Origin: Octopus sinensis
Lineage: Eukaryota
NCBI RefSeq assembly: GCF_006345805.1
Contig: NC_043002.1
Span: forward strand, 3,906,001-3,970,000
DNA: 64,000 bases
Direction: 5' to 3'
A model generated the notes under the pieces. The model was not told the origin of the DNA. It made no database searches and saw only the letters and a list, made by a program, of their open reading frames with translations. Positions 1 to 11,186 of this stretch are shown one piece after another. Each line of letters begins with the position of its first letter. Position 1 is the first letter of the stretch. The position numbers and the translations under genes are program-made.

Positions 1-78
1 AAATCTCATTTTTATTCCCTCTGATAATTATTTCCCTTTTTTCCCCCCTTTCTTTTTATTATTTTCTGTTCCTTCTAG

Positions 79-153
79 AAAGTTCCATTGTATATCTTTT
101 CTGAGTCTTACGGTGGCAAAATGGCTTCAGTGTTCAGCTTGCGGCTCTGGAAA
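79..153 (+). CDS. SCPEP1: SCPEP1/RISC-like serine carboxypeptidase, first exon visible in window (catalytic Ser); earlier exons lie upstream of the window
   Basis: ttccttctAG|AAAGTT...TGGAAA|GTaagt, 75 nt, phase 0/0. Translates KVPLYIFSESYGGKMASVFSLRLWK, matching the SCPEP1 S10-peptidase nucleophile motif (human TVPFYIFSESYGGKMA). Confidence 0.95.
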
Positions 154-674
154 GTAAGTTCTTACCATTTTTGTTTCCCTTTTTTTGATTATATTTTATT
201 GGAAATACAATTTTTAAACATTATTTTACAGAAATTTACAAGGGAATTGTGCAAAGGTTTTGTAGTCCCTGCAGGTAAAATGGTGAATATGTTGTCTTGA
301 AGAATGGCTCTGGAGTGGTACCAGAAAAACCATTCCACATCGTTTCTTCTTTCTCATTTACCTTCTCTCTCTCTCTCTCTCCTATCTTTTATTTTTTTAT
401 CTTTTTTGATACCTCCTGTTTTCATATGTTTTCCTTCATTTTTCTCTTTCCTTTCTTTTATTACCCCCATTACTTTCTTCTATCAGTTTCTTTCTTTTTT
501 TGTTTTCCTTCTTGTGCCCCTCCCCACACCTTTAGTTAAAAACTCGTTATCTCCAAAAACCTCAACTTACAGATGGTGATTAACGACACCATGTTTTATC
601 AAGCTGTATCTCCTTGACCTCTTTCTAATCCAGCTGCCTTTACTCAACCCCTTTCTAGCATAAAAACCTGTAGT

Positions 675-2800
675 CACCCGTATAGTTAATCAGGTGATAC
701 ACAAAGGAGTCATACCCAATGACTGGTATAGCAGCATAATAGTCAACTGCTACAAAGGTAAAGGTGACGCCCTAGATACAAATAACTACAGAGGTATCAA
801 GCTGTTGGATCAGGTGATGAAGGTTACGGAGAGGGTCATAGCCCAACTAATTAGAGAGAGAGTTAGTTTAGATGAGATGCAGTTTGGGTTTGTGCCAGGG
901 AAAAGTACTACTGATGCTATATTCCTGGTAAGGCAGCTGCAGGAGAAATACCTAGCCAAAGATAAGCCCCTGTACCTGGCTTTTGTGGACATGGAGAAAG
1001 CCTTCGACAGGGTCCCCCGATCCCTTATCTGGTGGGCAATGAGGAAACTAGGGATAGATGAATGGTTAGTGAGAGCTGTGCAGGCCATGTATAGGGACGC
1101 TGCTAGTAGGGTGAGGGTTGGAAACGAGTACAGTGAAGAATTCTGGGTAGAGGTAGGGGTCCACCAAGGCTCAGTACTCAGCCCCCTCCTATTTATCATA
1201 GTCCTCCAGGCAATAACGGAGGAATTCAAGACAGGATGCCCTTGGGAGCTCCTCTATGCTGATGACCTTGCTCGAATTGCTGAGTCGCTATCAGAACTGG
1301 AGAAGTTTCAGGTGTGGAAACAAGGATTAGAATCGAAGGGCCTCAAAGTCAATCTAGCTAAAACCAAAGTCGTAATCAGTAGGAAGGTAGACAAATCACA
1401 ACCGCCTTCAGGTAGATGGCCCTGCTCGATCTGTAGAAAAGGTGTAGGTAGAAACTCTATAAGATGCACCAAGTGTAAGCTATGGACACATAAGAGGTGC
1501 AGCAATGTCAAAGGAAGGCTAACTAGGAAGATGGTTTTTGTATGTGGCAGATGCTCAGGAACAATAAACACTGAAAATGCTCTGAGACCAACTTCCGTCA
1601 CTTTCCAGGGAGAAAAACTAGAAATAGTTGATAGTTTCCGTTACCTAGGTGACCAAGTCAGCAGCGGGGGCGGGTGTGCTGAAAGTGTAACTGCTAGAGT
1701 AAGAATAGCTTGGGCAAAGTTCAGAGAGCTCTTACCTCTGCTGGTGACAAAAGGCCTCTCGCACAGAGTGAAAGGCAGACTGTATGATGCGTGTGTACGA
1801 ACAGCCATACTACATGGCAGTGAAACATGGGCCGTGACTGCTGAGGATATGCGTAAGCTCGCAAGAAATGAAGCCAGTATGCTCCGATGGATGTGTAATG
1901 TCAGTACTCATACTCGGCAGAGTGTAAGTACCTTGAGAGAAAAGCTGGACCTAAGAAGCATCAGTTGTGGTGTGCAAGAGAGACGTTTGCGCTGGTATGG
2001 TCATGTGGTGAGAATGGATGAAGATAGTTGTGTGAAAAAGTGCCACACCCTAGCGGTTGAGGGAACCTGTGGAAGAGGCAGACCCAGGAAAACCTGGTAC
2101 GAGGTGGTGAAGCATGACCTTCGAACTTTAGGTCTCACTGAGGAAATGACTAGAGACCGAGTCCTCTGGAAGTGTGCTGTGCGCGAGAAGACCTGGCAGG
2201 ACAAGTGAGTCCATAACCCGTGGCCTTCTACATGGGATGGAGCCAGCCTACGTATGCATACCTCCCCTTCTTGGGACACAAAACTCTACTTGTGAAGACC
2301 TGTTGAGGCAAGTGAGGATCAGAATCAAAATCGATCAATGGAAATTGCAGATGTGTTACCAGTGCCGGTGGCATGTTGAAACTCTACTTGTGAAGACCCG
2401 TTGAGGCAAGTGAGGATCAGAATCGAAATCGATCAATGGAAATTGCAGATGTGTTACCAGTGCCGGTGGCATGTAAGAGAACCTTCCGTTTCGCGACCGT
2501 TGCCAGCACCGCCCCGTTTCATGTCCGTTGCCAGCCTCGCCTGGCCTTCGTGCCGGTGGCACATAAAAAGCACCATCCGTTCGTGGCCGTTTGCCAGCTC
2601 TGTCTGGCACCTGTGCGGGTGGCACGTAAAAAGCACCCACTACACTCTCGGAGTGGTTGGCGTTAGGAAGGGCATCCAGCCGTAGAAACACTGCCAGATT
2701 TGACTGGGCCTGATGAAGCCTTCTGGCTTCACAGACCCCAGTAGAACCGTCCAACCCATGCTAGCATGGAAAACGGACGCTAAACGATGATGATGATGAT
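675..2800 (+). mobile_element. 5'-truncated RTE-clade LINE (RT ORF 694-2208, 3' UTR, (GAT)n tail) in a SCPEP1 intron
   Basis: Stop-free 504-aa ORF with RT motifs QFGF..GKSTTDAIF, FVDMEKAFDRV, GVHQGSVLSPLLF, YADD, FRYLG and RTE-like C-terminus (LHGSETW, RRLRWYGHV..M). Ends ccatgctagcatgg...aaacgatgatgatgat. Confidence 0.92.
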
Positions 2801-2848
2801 TGTCTTTGCTCAGCCCCTTTCTAATGTAACCCTTTTTTTTAATGTCAG

Positions 2849-2959
2849 GCTATCCAAAATGGGGAATTGAAATGTAACTTTCGTGGATTGGCCATGGGAG
2901 ACTCCTGGATAGATCCATCAAAGATTGTGTTATCTTGGGCGCCGTTCCTTCACACTATG
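2849..2959 (+). CDS. SCPEP1: SCPEP1 exon
   Basis: tgtcAG|GCT...ATG|GTaagt, 111 nt. AIQNGELKCNFRGLAMGDSWIDPSKIVLSWAPFLHTM matches human AIQRGTIKCNFAGVALGDSWISP...SWGPYL. Confidence 0.95.
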
Positions 2960-3051
2960 GTAAGTATTTTTATGGTGATCTATTCTATCCTCATCAATGG
3001 ACAGCACAGCAAGTTAAAAGCATTGAATAAAGTATAAATGAAAATGTTACA

Positions 3052-3087
<36 letters not shown>

Positions 3088-3757
3088 ATCATCATTATTA
3101 TATCACAGGTTTTGTTGGGGCTCCTGGTATCTTGCATGTGTAGTGGGCTTACTAACCTGCAGCCTACGGTATCATGCTATCCGTTCTTTTCAGCTATGTA
3201 TTACTTTCTCGATTATTCTGGCCGTGCCAAGAGAGCAAACCTTTTGTAAAGGTTCTACTGGGCACTCTGTTCCAATTTCCTTTATATTACCCTTGATGCC
3301 TTCTGATACAATAATTGGCACTATCTTCACCTTCATTTTCCGCGCTGTTTTGTACTTAAGCGGGTTGTATCAATCTATCTTTTCATCTTCCTTCTTGACT
3401 ATTATTATTATTTACTTTTAATTTGCATGTCTGTTACAATCACTTGCCAAAACACACCCAGCATCCTAGAGCGAGTGAAGGATAAGAGATGTTAGAGTAT
3501 GACTGAAAGCTTGGGGAGGGGCAGTGGCCGGGGCAGTAGCGAAATATTTTCATGTAATACAACACAGACATTTAAATGGAGAGGGCTTTTCTAAGGAAAG
3601 TGGGCAGTACTTGTCAGCAGAATCTTTTGGATTTCTCTGAGATATGGTTCTCCTGGGATATTACCTAGATGCTTTTGACATCCCTATCTTATCATACTTA
3701 GGGCAGCCACAATAACACTTCTCACTTTAAGATGCCAAATCTTTTGTATTTCAGTTT

Positions 3758-3789
<32 letters not shown>

Positions 3790-3992
3790 GAGTGAGAGGG
3801 CAGTGCATGCCATTAAAGTGACATATGAAGCCCAGTATACCCATCATGACTACCCGTCTGATAAGGGTACACCAGGCACATGCATCACAACCATGTGCGT
3901 GTGACATGGTAATCAAGATAATGCATGACTTTGCAGGTGGGCCCAGATAGAATCTTCTTCTCCTCCTCCTCTTCTTGTGGTGGTGGTGGTGG

Positions 3993-4620
3993 TGAGCTGG
4001 TAGAACCATTAGCTTGTAGAGCAAAATGCTTAATGGTAGAAACGTTAGCACGTCGGGTGAAATGCTTAGCGGTATTTCATCTGCGTTACGTTGTGAGTTC
4101 AAATTCCGCCAAGGTCGACTTTGCCTTTCATCCTTTCGGGGTCGATAAATTAAGTACCAGTTACGCACTGGGGTCGATGTAATCGACTTAATACCTATGT
4201 CTGTCCTTGTTTGTCCCCTCTGTGTATAGCCCCTTGTGGGTAATAAAGAAATAGGTATTTTGTTTGTTTTTACTTTCTGAGGTCAACTTTGCCTCTCATT
4301 CTTTCAGCGTTGATAAGTACCAGCTGGAGACTGGGGTCGATGTAATCAACTTAGCCCCTCCCCACCCTTGTGCCTACAGCAGGAAGGATTATATTTAAAG
4401 CAGCAAGCTGGTAGAGTCATTAGCATGCTGGCAAAATGCTTAGCGACTTTTCTTTCGCTTTTATGTTCTGGATTCAAATCCCGCAGAGGTCGACTTTGCC
4501 TTTCATCCTTTCAGGGTTGATAAAATGAAGTACCAGATGAGTACTGGGGTCGATGTAATTGACTTACTCCCACCTCCGAAATTGCTGGCCTTGTGTCAAA
4601 ATTCGAAACCAGTGTTGTTC
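3993..4620. mobile_element. Cluster of 2-3 SINE family B copies (others at about 11535-11745, 23665-23770, 24868-25080 on + and 39480-39610 on -)
   Basis: Recurring gagctggcagaatcgttagcac...aaatgcttagc...gagttcaaattccgcc (B-box-like)...gtcgactttgcctttcatcctttcggggtcgataaattaagtaccag. Confidence 0.75.
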
Positions 4621-4924
4621 TTATTATAGGCATATAAATTCATCACCATTTAAAGTCTGTCTCCCGTGTTAAAAGGAACATTGGAAATGAGAAATATCTT
4701 TTTAGCAATGCCTTACCTTTCCGTTCCCGATGTGTTCTGGCAGATTGGAATGGGAATAATCCGATACTCTTGATTCTCGCCATCAGGGAATGTCCTCTCA
4801 TCACTTTAGACAATGGGCAATTCAGTGGTGGAGGGCATTCCATGACACTGTAATGTTTTGAGTGTATTGTGTGTCTCCTCAGTAAATGCCATCCCCGACT
4901 GATGAACCTAACAAAAGTGCAGGC

Positions 4925-5250
4925 TCTTCGCTTCCCAACCACATGGTTCCAGGTTCAGTCCCACTGGGCGGCACCTTGGCCAAATGTCTTCTACTATAGT
5001 CTTAGGCTCCAAAGCCTTGTGAGTGGATTTAGTAAATGGAAACTAAAAGAAGCCCATTGTGTGTGTTTGTCCCCCCCTACCACCACTTGACAACTAGTGT
5101 TGGTGTGTTTACTTCTCCGTAACTTAGCAGTTTGGCAAAAGAGACTGATAGAATGAGCAGCAGGTCCTGGAGTCGATTCATTTCACTAAAAATTCTTCAA
5201 GGTGGTGCCCCAGCATGGCCACAGTCTAACAACTGAAACAAATGAAAGAT
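4925..5250 (+). mobile_element. SINE family A copy
   Basis: accacatggttccaggttcagtcccac...ccttggccaaatgtcttc...cagcatggccacagtctaacaactgaaac. Confidence 0.75.
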
Positions 5251-6319
5251 GGAAACCAATAATTCATGTGGTGCCTTTGTGAATAAATATCTTTTGCTTT
5301 GTCCACTAATTATCCTTCGTTAATTCCCAATCTTATCGTTTTGCTGCCAGCCTTTAGTAAACCAAGACCATGATGTCACAAGCCTCAGGAGGTGAGTTTC
5401 TGTGGCCTTTATTGGATTGAGTACTTGCAAAGCATCTGCCAAGCTTCTCCAGAAAATTTGCTGCAGACATTTTTGCCAGGAGCAAATCTGCCATAAGAAA
5501 TTCTAAGAAATTTCACTGAATACAAAAATTCAGCGTAAGAAAAATTCCCCATATGGCCAATGGCAAAGCAAATGATATCAAAAATACGAACAACAATTTA
5601 AAGGGTTTATAAAAGCATTAAATAGGAAAGTCTTTATTCAACGTCAAACATTAAAAAAAAAAGGCGATTAGGTCATTTAAAATGTACGACAATTCTTAGC
5701 AGGGACATACTGCCTGGGGAGGTAAGGTAAGCAGTGCCTACCTTGATAAAATAGATCAATAGCAACATTTTCCTTTGATGGCCAAATATGCACCTAATTC
5801 AATAAAATTATGAACATTACTCTGATTACTCTGCATAAAATGCAAAAGATCTTATTTCTTCTGTAGATTAAGTAGGCATAATTCACTCCTGCTTTTCAAT
5901 CTCAGTATTAAAGCTACTCATAATACTGCCGTAGTACACATGCTGCGTACATTCCTACAACAACGTTTTCTTTATAAAGGCAGAAGTAAATCTGCCTCCA
6001 ACTCAGTCCTGCACCTGTGTTTCACTTATTTTTTGTGTTTTACTACATAAAGGCCACCGACTGCTTACCCTGAGTAATTACTGATGGCTCATGCCTGATT
6101 CCTATGATGTACTTTTTGCTGAGGATCGTTTCAAAGCATTTCTCTCTCAAGTGCTGCATCAATATCGCTAAACTTCTTCTTCATCTTTGCTGCATCTCTT
6201 CAAACTTGATTTTAATTTTTTTTTCAATTAATTGGCAAATTTTCCTACAACAAAAATGTTTCCTATAACCATGGACCAAACATCAGGAAGAAAAACAGAT
6301 TCCAAAGTTTTCATTCATC

Positions 6320-6700
6320 GCTTTTATTTGTTTCAGTCATTTGACTGCAGCCATGCTGGAGCACCACCTTTAGTCAAACAAATCGACCCCAGGACTTATT
6401 CTTTGTAAGCCTAATACTTATTCTATCAGTTCTTTTCCCAAACTGCTAAGTTATGGGGGTGTAAACACACCAGCACCGGTTGTCAAGTGATGGTGGGGGA
6501 CAAACACACACACACACACATATATATATACATACACACAATGGGCTTCTTTCAGTTTCCGTCTACCAAATCTACTCAAAAGGCTTTGGTCGGCATGAGG
6601 CTATAGTAGAAGACACTTGCTTGAGGTGCTATGCAGTGGGACTGAACCTGGAACCATGTGGTGGGGAAGCAGGCTACTTACCACACATCCACTCCTTTGC
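6320..6700 (-). mobile_element. tRNA-derived SINE, family A (head GGCGCAGGAGTGGCTGTGTGGTAAG), fused to the minisatellite
   Basis: Same head, body and tail as copies at 30172 and 60745: A-box-like TGGCTGTGTGG, B-box-like GGTTCAGTCCC, CORE-like ccttgggcaagtgtcttc, internal (AT/GT)n, tail ccagcatggccgcagtcaaatgactgaaac. Confidence 0.85.
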
Positions 6701-9700
6701 CTCACAGCCACTCCTGTGCCTCACAGCCACTCCTTTGCCTCACATCCACTCCTGTGCCTCGCAGCCACTCCTGTGCCTCGCAGCCACTTCTGTGCCTCGC
6801 AGCCACTTCTGTGCCTCGCAGCCACTTCTGTGCCTCGCAGCCACTCCTGTGCCTCGCAGCCACTCCTGTGCCTTGCAGCCACTCCTGTGCCTCGCAGCCA
6901 CTCCTGTGCCTCGCAGCCACTCCTGTGCCTCGCAGTCACTCCTGTGCCTCGCAGTCACTCCTGGGCCTCGCAGCCACTCCTGTGCCTCGCAGCCACTCCT
7001 GTGCCTCACAGCCACTCCTGTGCCTCACAGCCACTCCTGTGCCTCGCAGCCACTCCTGTGCCTTGCAGCCACTCCTGTGCTAGCAGCCACTCCTGTGCCT
7101 CACAGCCACTCCTGTGCCTCACAGCCACTCCTGTGCCTCACAGCCACTCCTGTGCCTCACAGCCACTCCCTTGCCTCGCAGCCACTCCTGTGCCTTGCAG
7201 CCACTCCTGTGCCTCGCAGCCACTCCCTTGCCTCGCAGCCACTCCTGTGCCTCGCAGCCACTCCTGTGCCTCGCAGCCACTCCTGTGCCTCGCAGCCACT
7301 CCTGTGCCTCGCACCCACTCCTGTGCTTCGCAGCCACTCCTGTGCCTCACCGCCACTCCCTTGCCTCACAGTCACTCCTGTGCCTCACAGCCACTCCTGT
7401 GCCTTGCAGCCACTCCTTTGCCTTGCAGCCACTCCTGTGCCTTGCACCCACTCCTGTGCATCACAGCCACTCCTGTGCCTCACAGCCACTCCTGTGCCTC
7501 ACAGCCACTCCTGTGCCTCACAGCCACTCCTGTGCCTTGCAGCCACTCCTGTGCCTTGCAGCCACTCCTGTGCCTTGCAGCCACTCCTGTGCTAGCAGCC
7601 ACTCCTGTGCCTCACAGCCACTCCTGTGCCTCACAGCCACTCCTGTGCCTCACAGCCACTCCCTTGCCTCGCAGCCACTCCTGTGCCTTGCAACCACTCC
7701 TGTGCCTCGCAGCCACTCCTGTGCCTCGCAGCCACTCCTGTGCGTCGCAGCCACTCCTGTGCCTCGCAGCCACTCCTGTGCCTCGCAGCCACTCCCTTGC
7801 CTCACAGTCACTCCTGTGCCTCACAGCCACTCCCTTGCCTCACAGTCACTCCTGTGCCTCACAGCCACTCCTGTGCCTTGCAGCCACTCCTTTGCCTTGC
7901 ATCCACTCCTGTGCCTTGCAGCCACTCCTGTGCATCACAGCCACTCCTGTGCCTCACACCCACTCCTGTGCCTCACAGCCACTCCTGTGCCTTGCAGCCA
8001 CTCCTGTGCCTCGCAGCCACTCCTGTGCCTCACAGCCACTCCCTTGCTTTGCAGCCACTCCTGTGCCTCGCAGTCACTCCTGTGCTCGCAGCACTCCTGT
8101 GCCTCACACCCCTCCTGTGCTCACACAGCCACTCCCTGCCCACCGCCACTCCCTTGCCTCACAGCCACTCCCTTCACTCACAGCCACTCCCTTGCCTCAC
8201 AGCCACTCCTGTGCCTCACATCCACTCCCTTGCCTCCAGCCACTCCTGTGCCTCGCACAGCCACTCTGTGCCTCACAGCCACTCCTGTGCCTCCTCCAGC
8301 CACTCCTGTGCCTCGCAGCCCACTTCCTGTGCCTCGCAGCCACTCCTGTGCATCGCAGCCACTCCTGTGCCTCGCAGGCCACTCCTCCTGTGCCTCACAG
8401 CCACTCCCTTGCCTCACAGCCACTCCTGTGCCTCGCAGCCACTCCTGTGCCTCGCAGCCACTCCTGTGCCTCACACCCACTCCTGTGCCTCACACCACTC
8501 CTGTGCCTCACAGCCACTCCCTGCCTCACAGCCACTCCTGTGCCTCACACTCCAGCCCCACTCCTGTGCCTCACAGCCACTCCTGTGCCTCCTCAACCAC
8601 TCCTGTGCCTTGCAGCCACGCCTGTCTAGCAGCCACTCCTGTGCCTCACAGCCACTCCGTGCCTCACAGCACTCCTGTGCCTCACAGCCACTCCTGTCCT
8701 CACAGCCACTCCTTCCCTTGCCTCGCAGCCACTCCTGTCCTTGCAGCCACTCCTGTGCCTCGCAGCCACTCCCTTGCCTCGCAGCCACTCCTGTGCCTCG
8801 CAGCCACTCCTGTGCCTCGCAGCCACTCCTGTGCCTCGCAGCCACTCCTGTGCCTCGCACACCACTCCTGTGCTTCGCAGCCACTCCTGTGCTCACCGCC
8901 CCACTCCCTTGCCTCACAGTCACTCCTGTGCCTCTCACAGCCACTCCTGTGCCTTGCAGCCACTCCTTTGCCTTGCAGCCACTCCTGTGCCTTGCACCCA
9001 CTCCTGTGTCATCACAGCCACTCCTGTGCCTCACAGCCACTCCTGTGCCTCACAGCCACTCCTGTGCCTCACAGCCACTCCTGTGCCTTGCAGCCACTCC
9101 TGTGCCTTGCAGCCACTCCTGTGCCTTGCAGCCACTCCTGTGCTAGCAGCCACTCCTGTGCCTCACAGCCACTCCTGTGCCTCACAGCCACTCCTGTGCC
9201 TCACAGCCACTCCCTTGCCTCGCAGCCACTCCTGTGCCTTGCAACCACTCCTGTGCCTCGCAGCCACTCCTGTGCCTCGCAGCCACTCCTGTGCGTCGCA
9301 GCCACTCCTGTGCCTCGCAGCCACCTCCTGTGCCTCGCAGCCACTCCCTTGCCTCACAGTCACTCCTGTGCCTCACAGCCACTCCCTTGCCTCACAGTCA
9401 CTCCTGTGCTCACAGCCACTCCTGTGCCTTGCAGCCACTCCTTGCCTTGCATCCACTCCTGTGCCTTGCAGCCACTCCTGTGCATTCACAGCCACTCCTG
9501 CCTCACACCACTCCTGTGCCTCACAGCCACTCCTGTGCCTTGCAGCCACTCCTGTGCCTCGCAGCCACTCCTGTGCCTCACAGCCACTCCTGTGCCTCGC
9601 AGCCACTCCTGTGCCTCGCAGCCACTCCTGTGCCTCGCAGCCACTCCTGTGCCTCGCAGCCACTCCTGTGCCTCGCATCCACTCCTGTGCCTCGCAACCA

Positions 9701-11186
9701 CTCCTGTGCCTCGCAACCACTCCTGTGCCTCGCAGCCACTCCTGTGCCTCACAGCCACTCCCTTGCCTCACAGCCACTCCTGTGCCTCACAGCCACTCCT
9801 GTGCCTCACAGCCACTCCTGTGCCTTGCAGCCACTCCTGTGCCTCACAGCCACTCCTTTGCCTCGCAGCCACTCCTGCGCCTCACAGCCACTCCCTTGCC
9901 TCACAGCCACTCCCTTGCCTCACAGCCACTCCTGTGCCTCGCAGCCACTGCTGTGCCTTGCAGCCACTCCTGTGCCTTGCAGCCACTCCTGTGCCTTGCA
10001 GCCACTCCTGTGCCTCACAGCCACTCCTTTGCCTCACAGCCACTCCCTTGCCTCACAGCCACTCCCTTGCCTCACATCCACTCCCTTGCCTCACAGCCAC
10101 TCCCTTGCCTCACAGCCACTCCATTGCCTCACAGCCACTCCCTTGCCTCGCAGCCACTCCTGTGCCTCGCAGCCACTCCTGTGCCTCACAGCCACTCCTG
10201 TGCCTCGCAGCCACTCCTGTGCCTCGCAGCCACTCCTGTGCCTCGCAGCCACTCCTGTGTCTAAAAGCCACTCCCTTGCTTTGCAGCCACTCCTGTGCCT
10301 CGCAGTCACTCCTGTGCCTCGCAGCCACTCCTGTGCCTCACACCCACTCCTGTGCCTCACAGCCACTCCCTTGCCTCACAGCCACTCCCTTGCCTCACAG
10401 CCACTCCCTTGCCTCACAGCCACTCCCTTGCCTCACAGCCACTCCCTTGCCTCACAGCCACTCCTGTGCCTCACAGCCACTCCCTTGCCTCGCAGCCACT
10501 CCTGTGCCTCGCAGCCACTCCTGTGCCTCACAGCCACTCCTGTGCCTCACAGCCACTCCTGTGCCTCGCAGCCACTCCTGTGCCTCGCAGCCACTCCTGT
10601 GCATCGCAGCCACTCCTGTGCCTCGCAGCCACTCCTGTGCCTCACAGCCACTCCCTTGCCTCACAGCCACTCCTGTGCCTCGCAGCCACTCCTGTGCCTC
10701 GCAGCCACTCCTGTGCCTCACACCCACTCCTGTGCCTCACAGCCACTCCTGTGCCTCACAGCCACTCCCTTGCCTCACAGCCACTCCTGTGCCTCACAGC
10801 CACTCCTGTGCCTCACAGCCACTCCTGTGCCTCACAACCACTCCTGTGCCTTGCAGCCACTCCTGTGCCTTGCAGCCACTCCTGTGCGTCACAGTCACTC
10901 CCTTGCCTCGCAGCCACTCCTGTGCCTCACAGCCACTCCTGTGCCTCGCAGCCACTCCTGTGCCTCACAGCCACTCCTGTGCCTCACAGCCACTCCTGTG
11001 CCTCACAGCCACTCCTGTGCCTTGCAGCCATTCCTGTGCCTTGCAGCCACTCCTTTGCCTCACAGCCACTCCTGTGCCTTGCAGCCACTCCTTTGCCTCA
11101 CAGCCACTCCTTTGCCTCACAGCCACTCCTTTGCCTCACAGCCACTCCTGTGCCTCACAGCCACTCCTGTGCTTCACAGTCACTCC
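6690..11186. repeat. 19-bp minisatellite (CAGCCACTCCTGTGCCTCG/A), about 235 units
   Basis: Directly visible tandem array with variant units (CCTTG, CCCTT, CCTTT, an 18-bp CTAG variant). More indel-rich at about 8080-8760 and 9300-9500. Confidence 0.99.

Noticed and set aside
88-300. 70-aa ORF as a stand-alone gene
   Set aside because: Only 79-153 is exon; the rest is intron read-through past GTAAGT. The same applies to ORFs 15644, 28131, 33717, 39684 and 49228.
810-1601. Antisense ORFs over the RT (also 19629, 49879, 50096, 62532)
   Set aside because: Shadow ORFs of RT coding sequence, with no independent evidence.
2690-2740. CTGATGA plus hairpin (hammerhead?) or GCC-TTCT-GGC as an HDV-like P3 in the RTE tail
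   Set aside because: No GAAA follows, other copies read CTGGTGC, and the loop is too short for HDV L3 with no P1/P1.1 partner.
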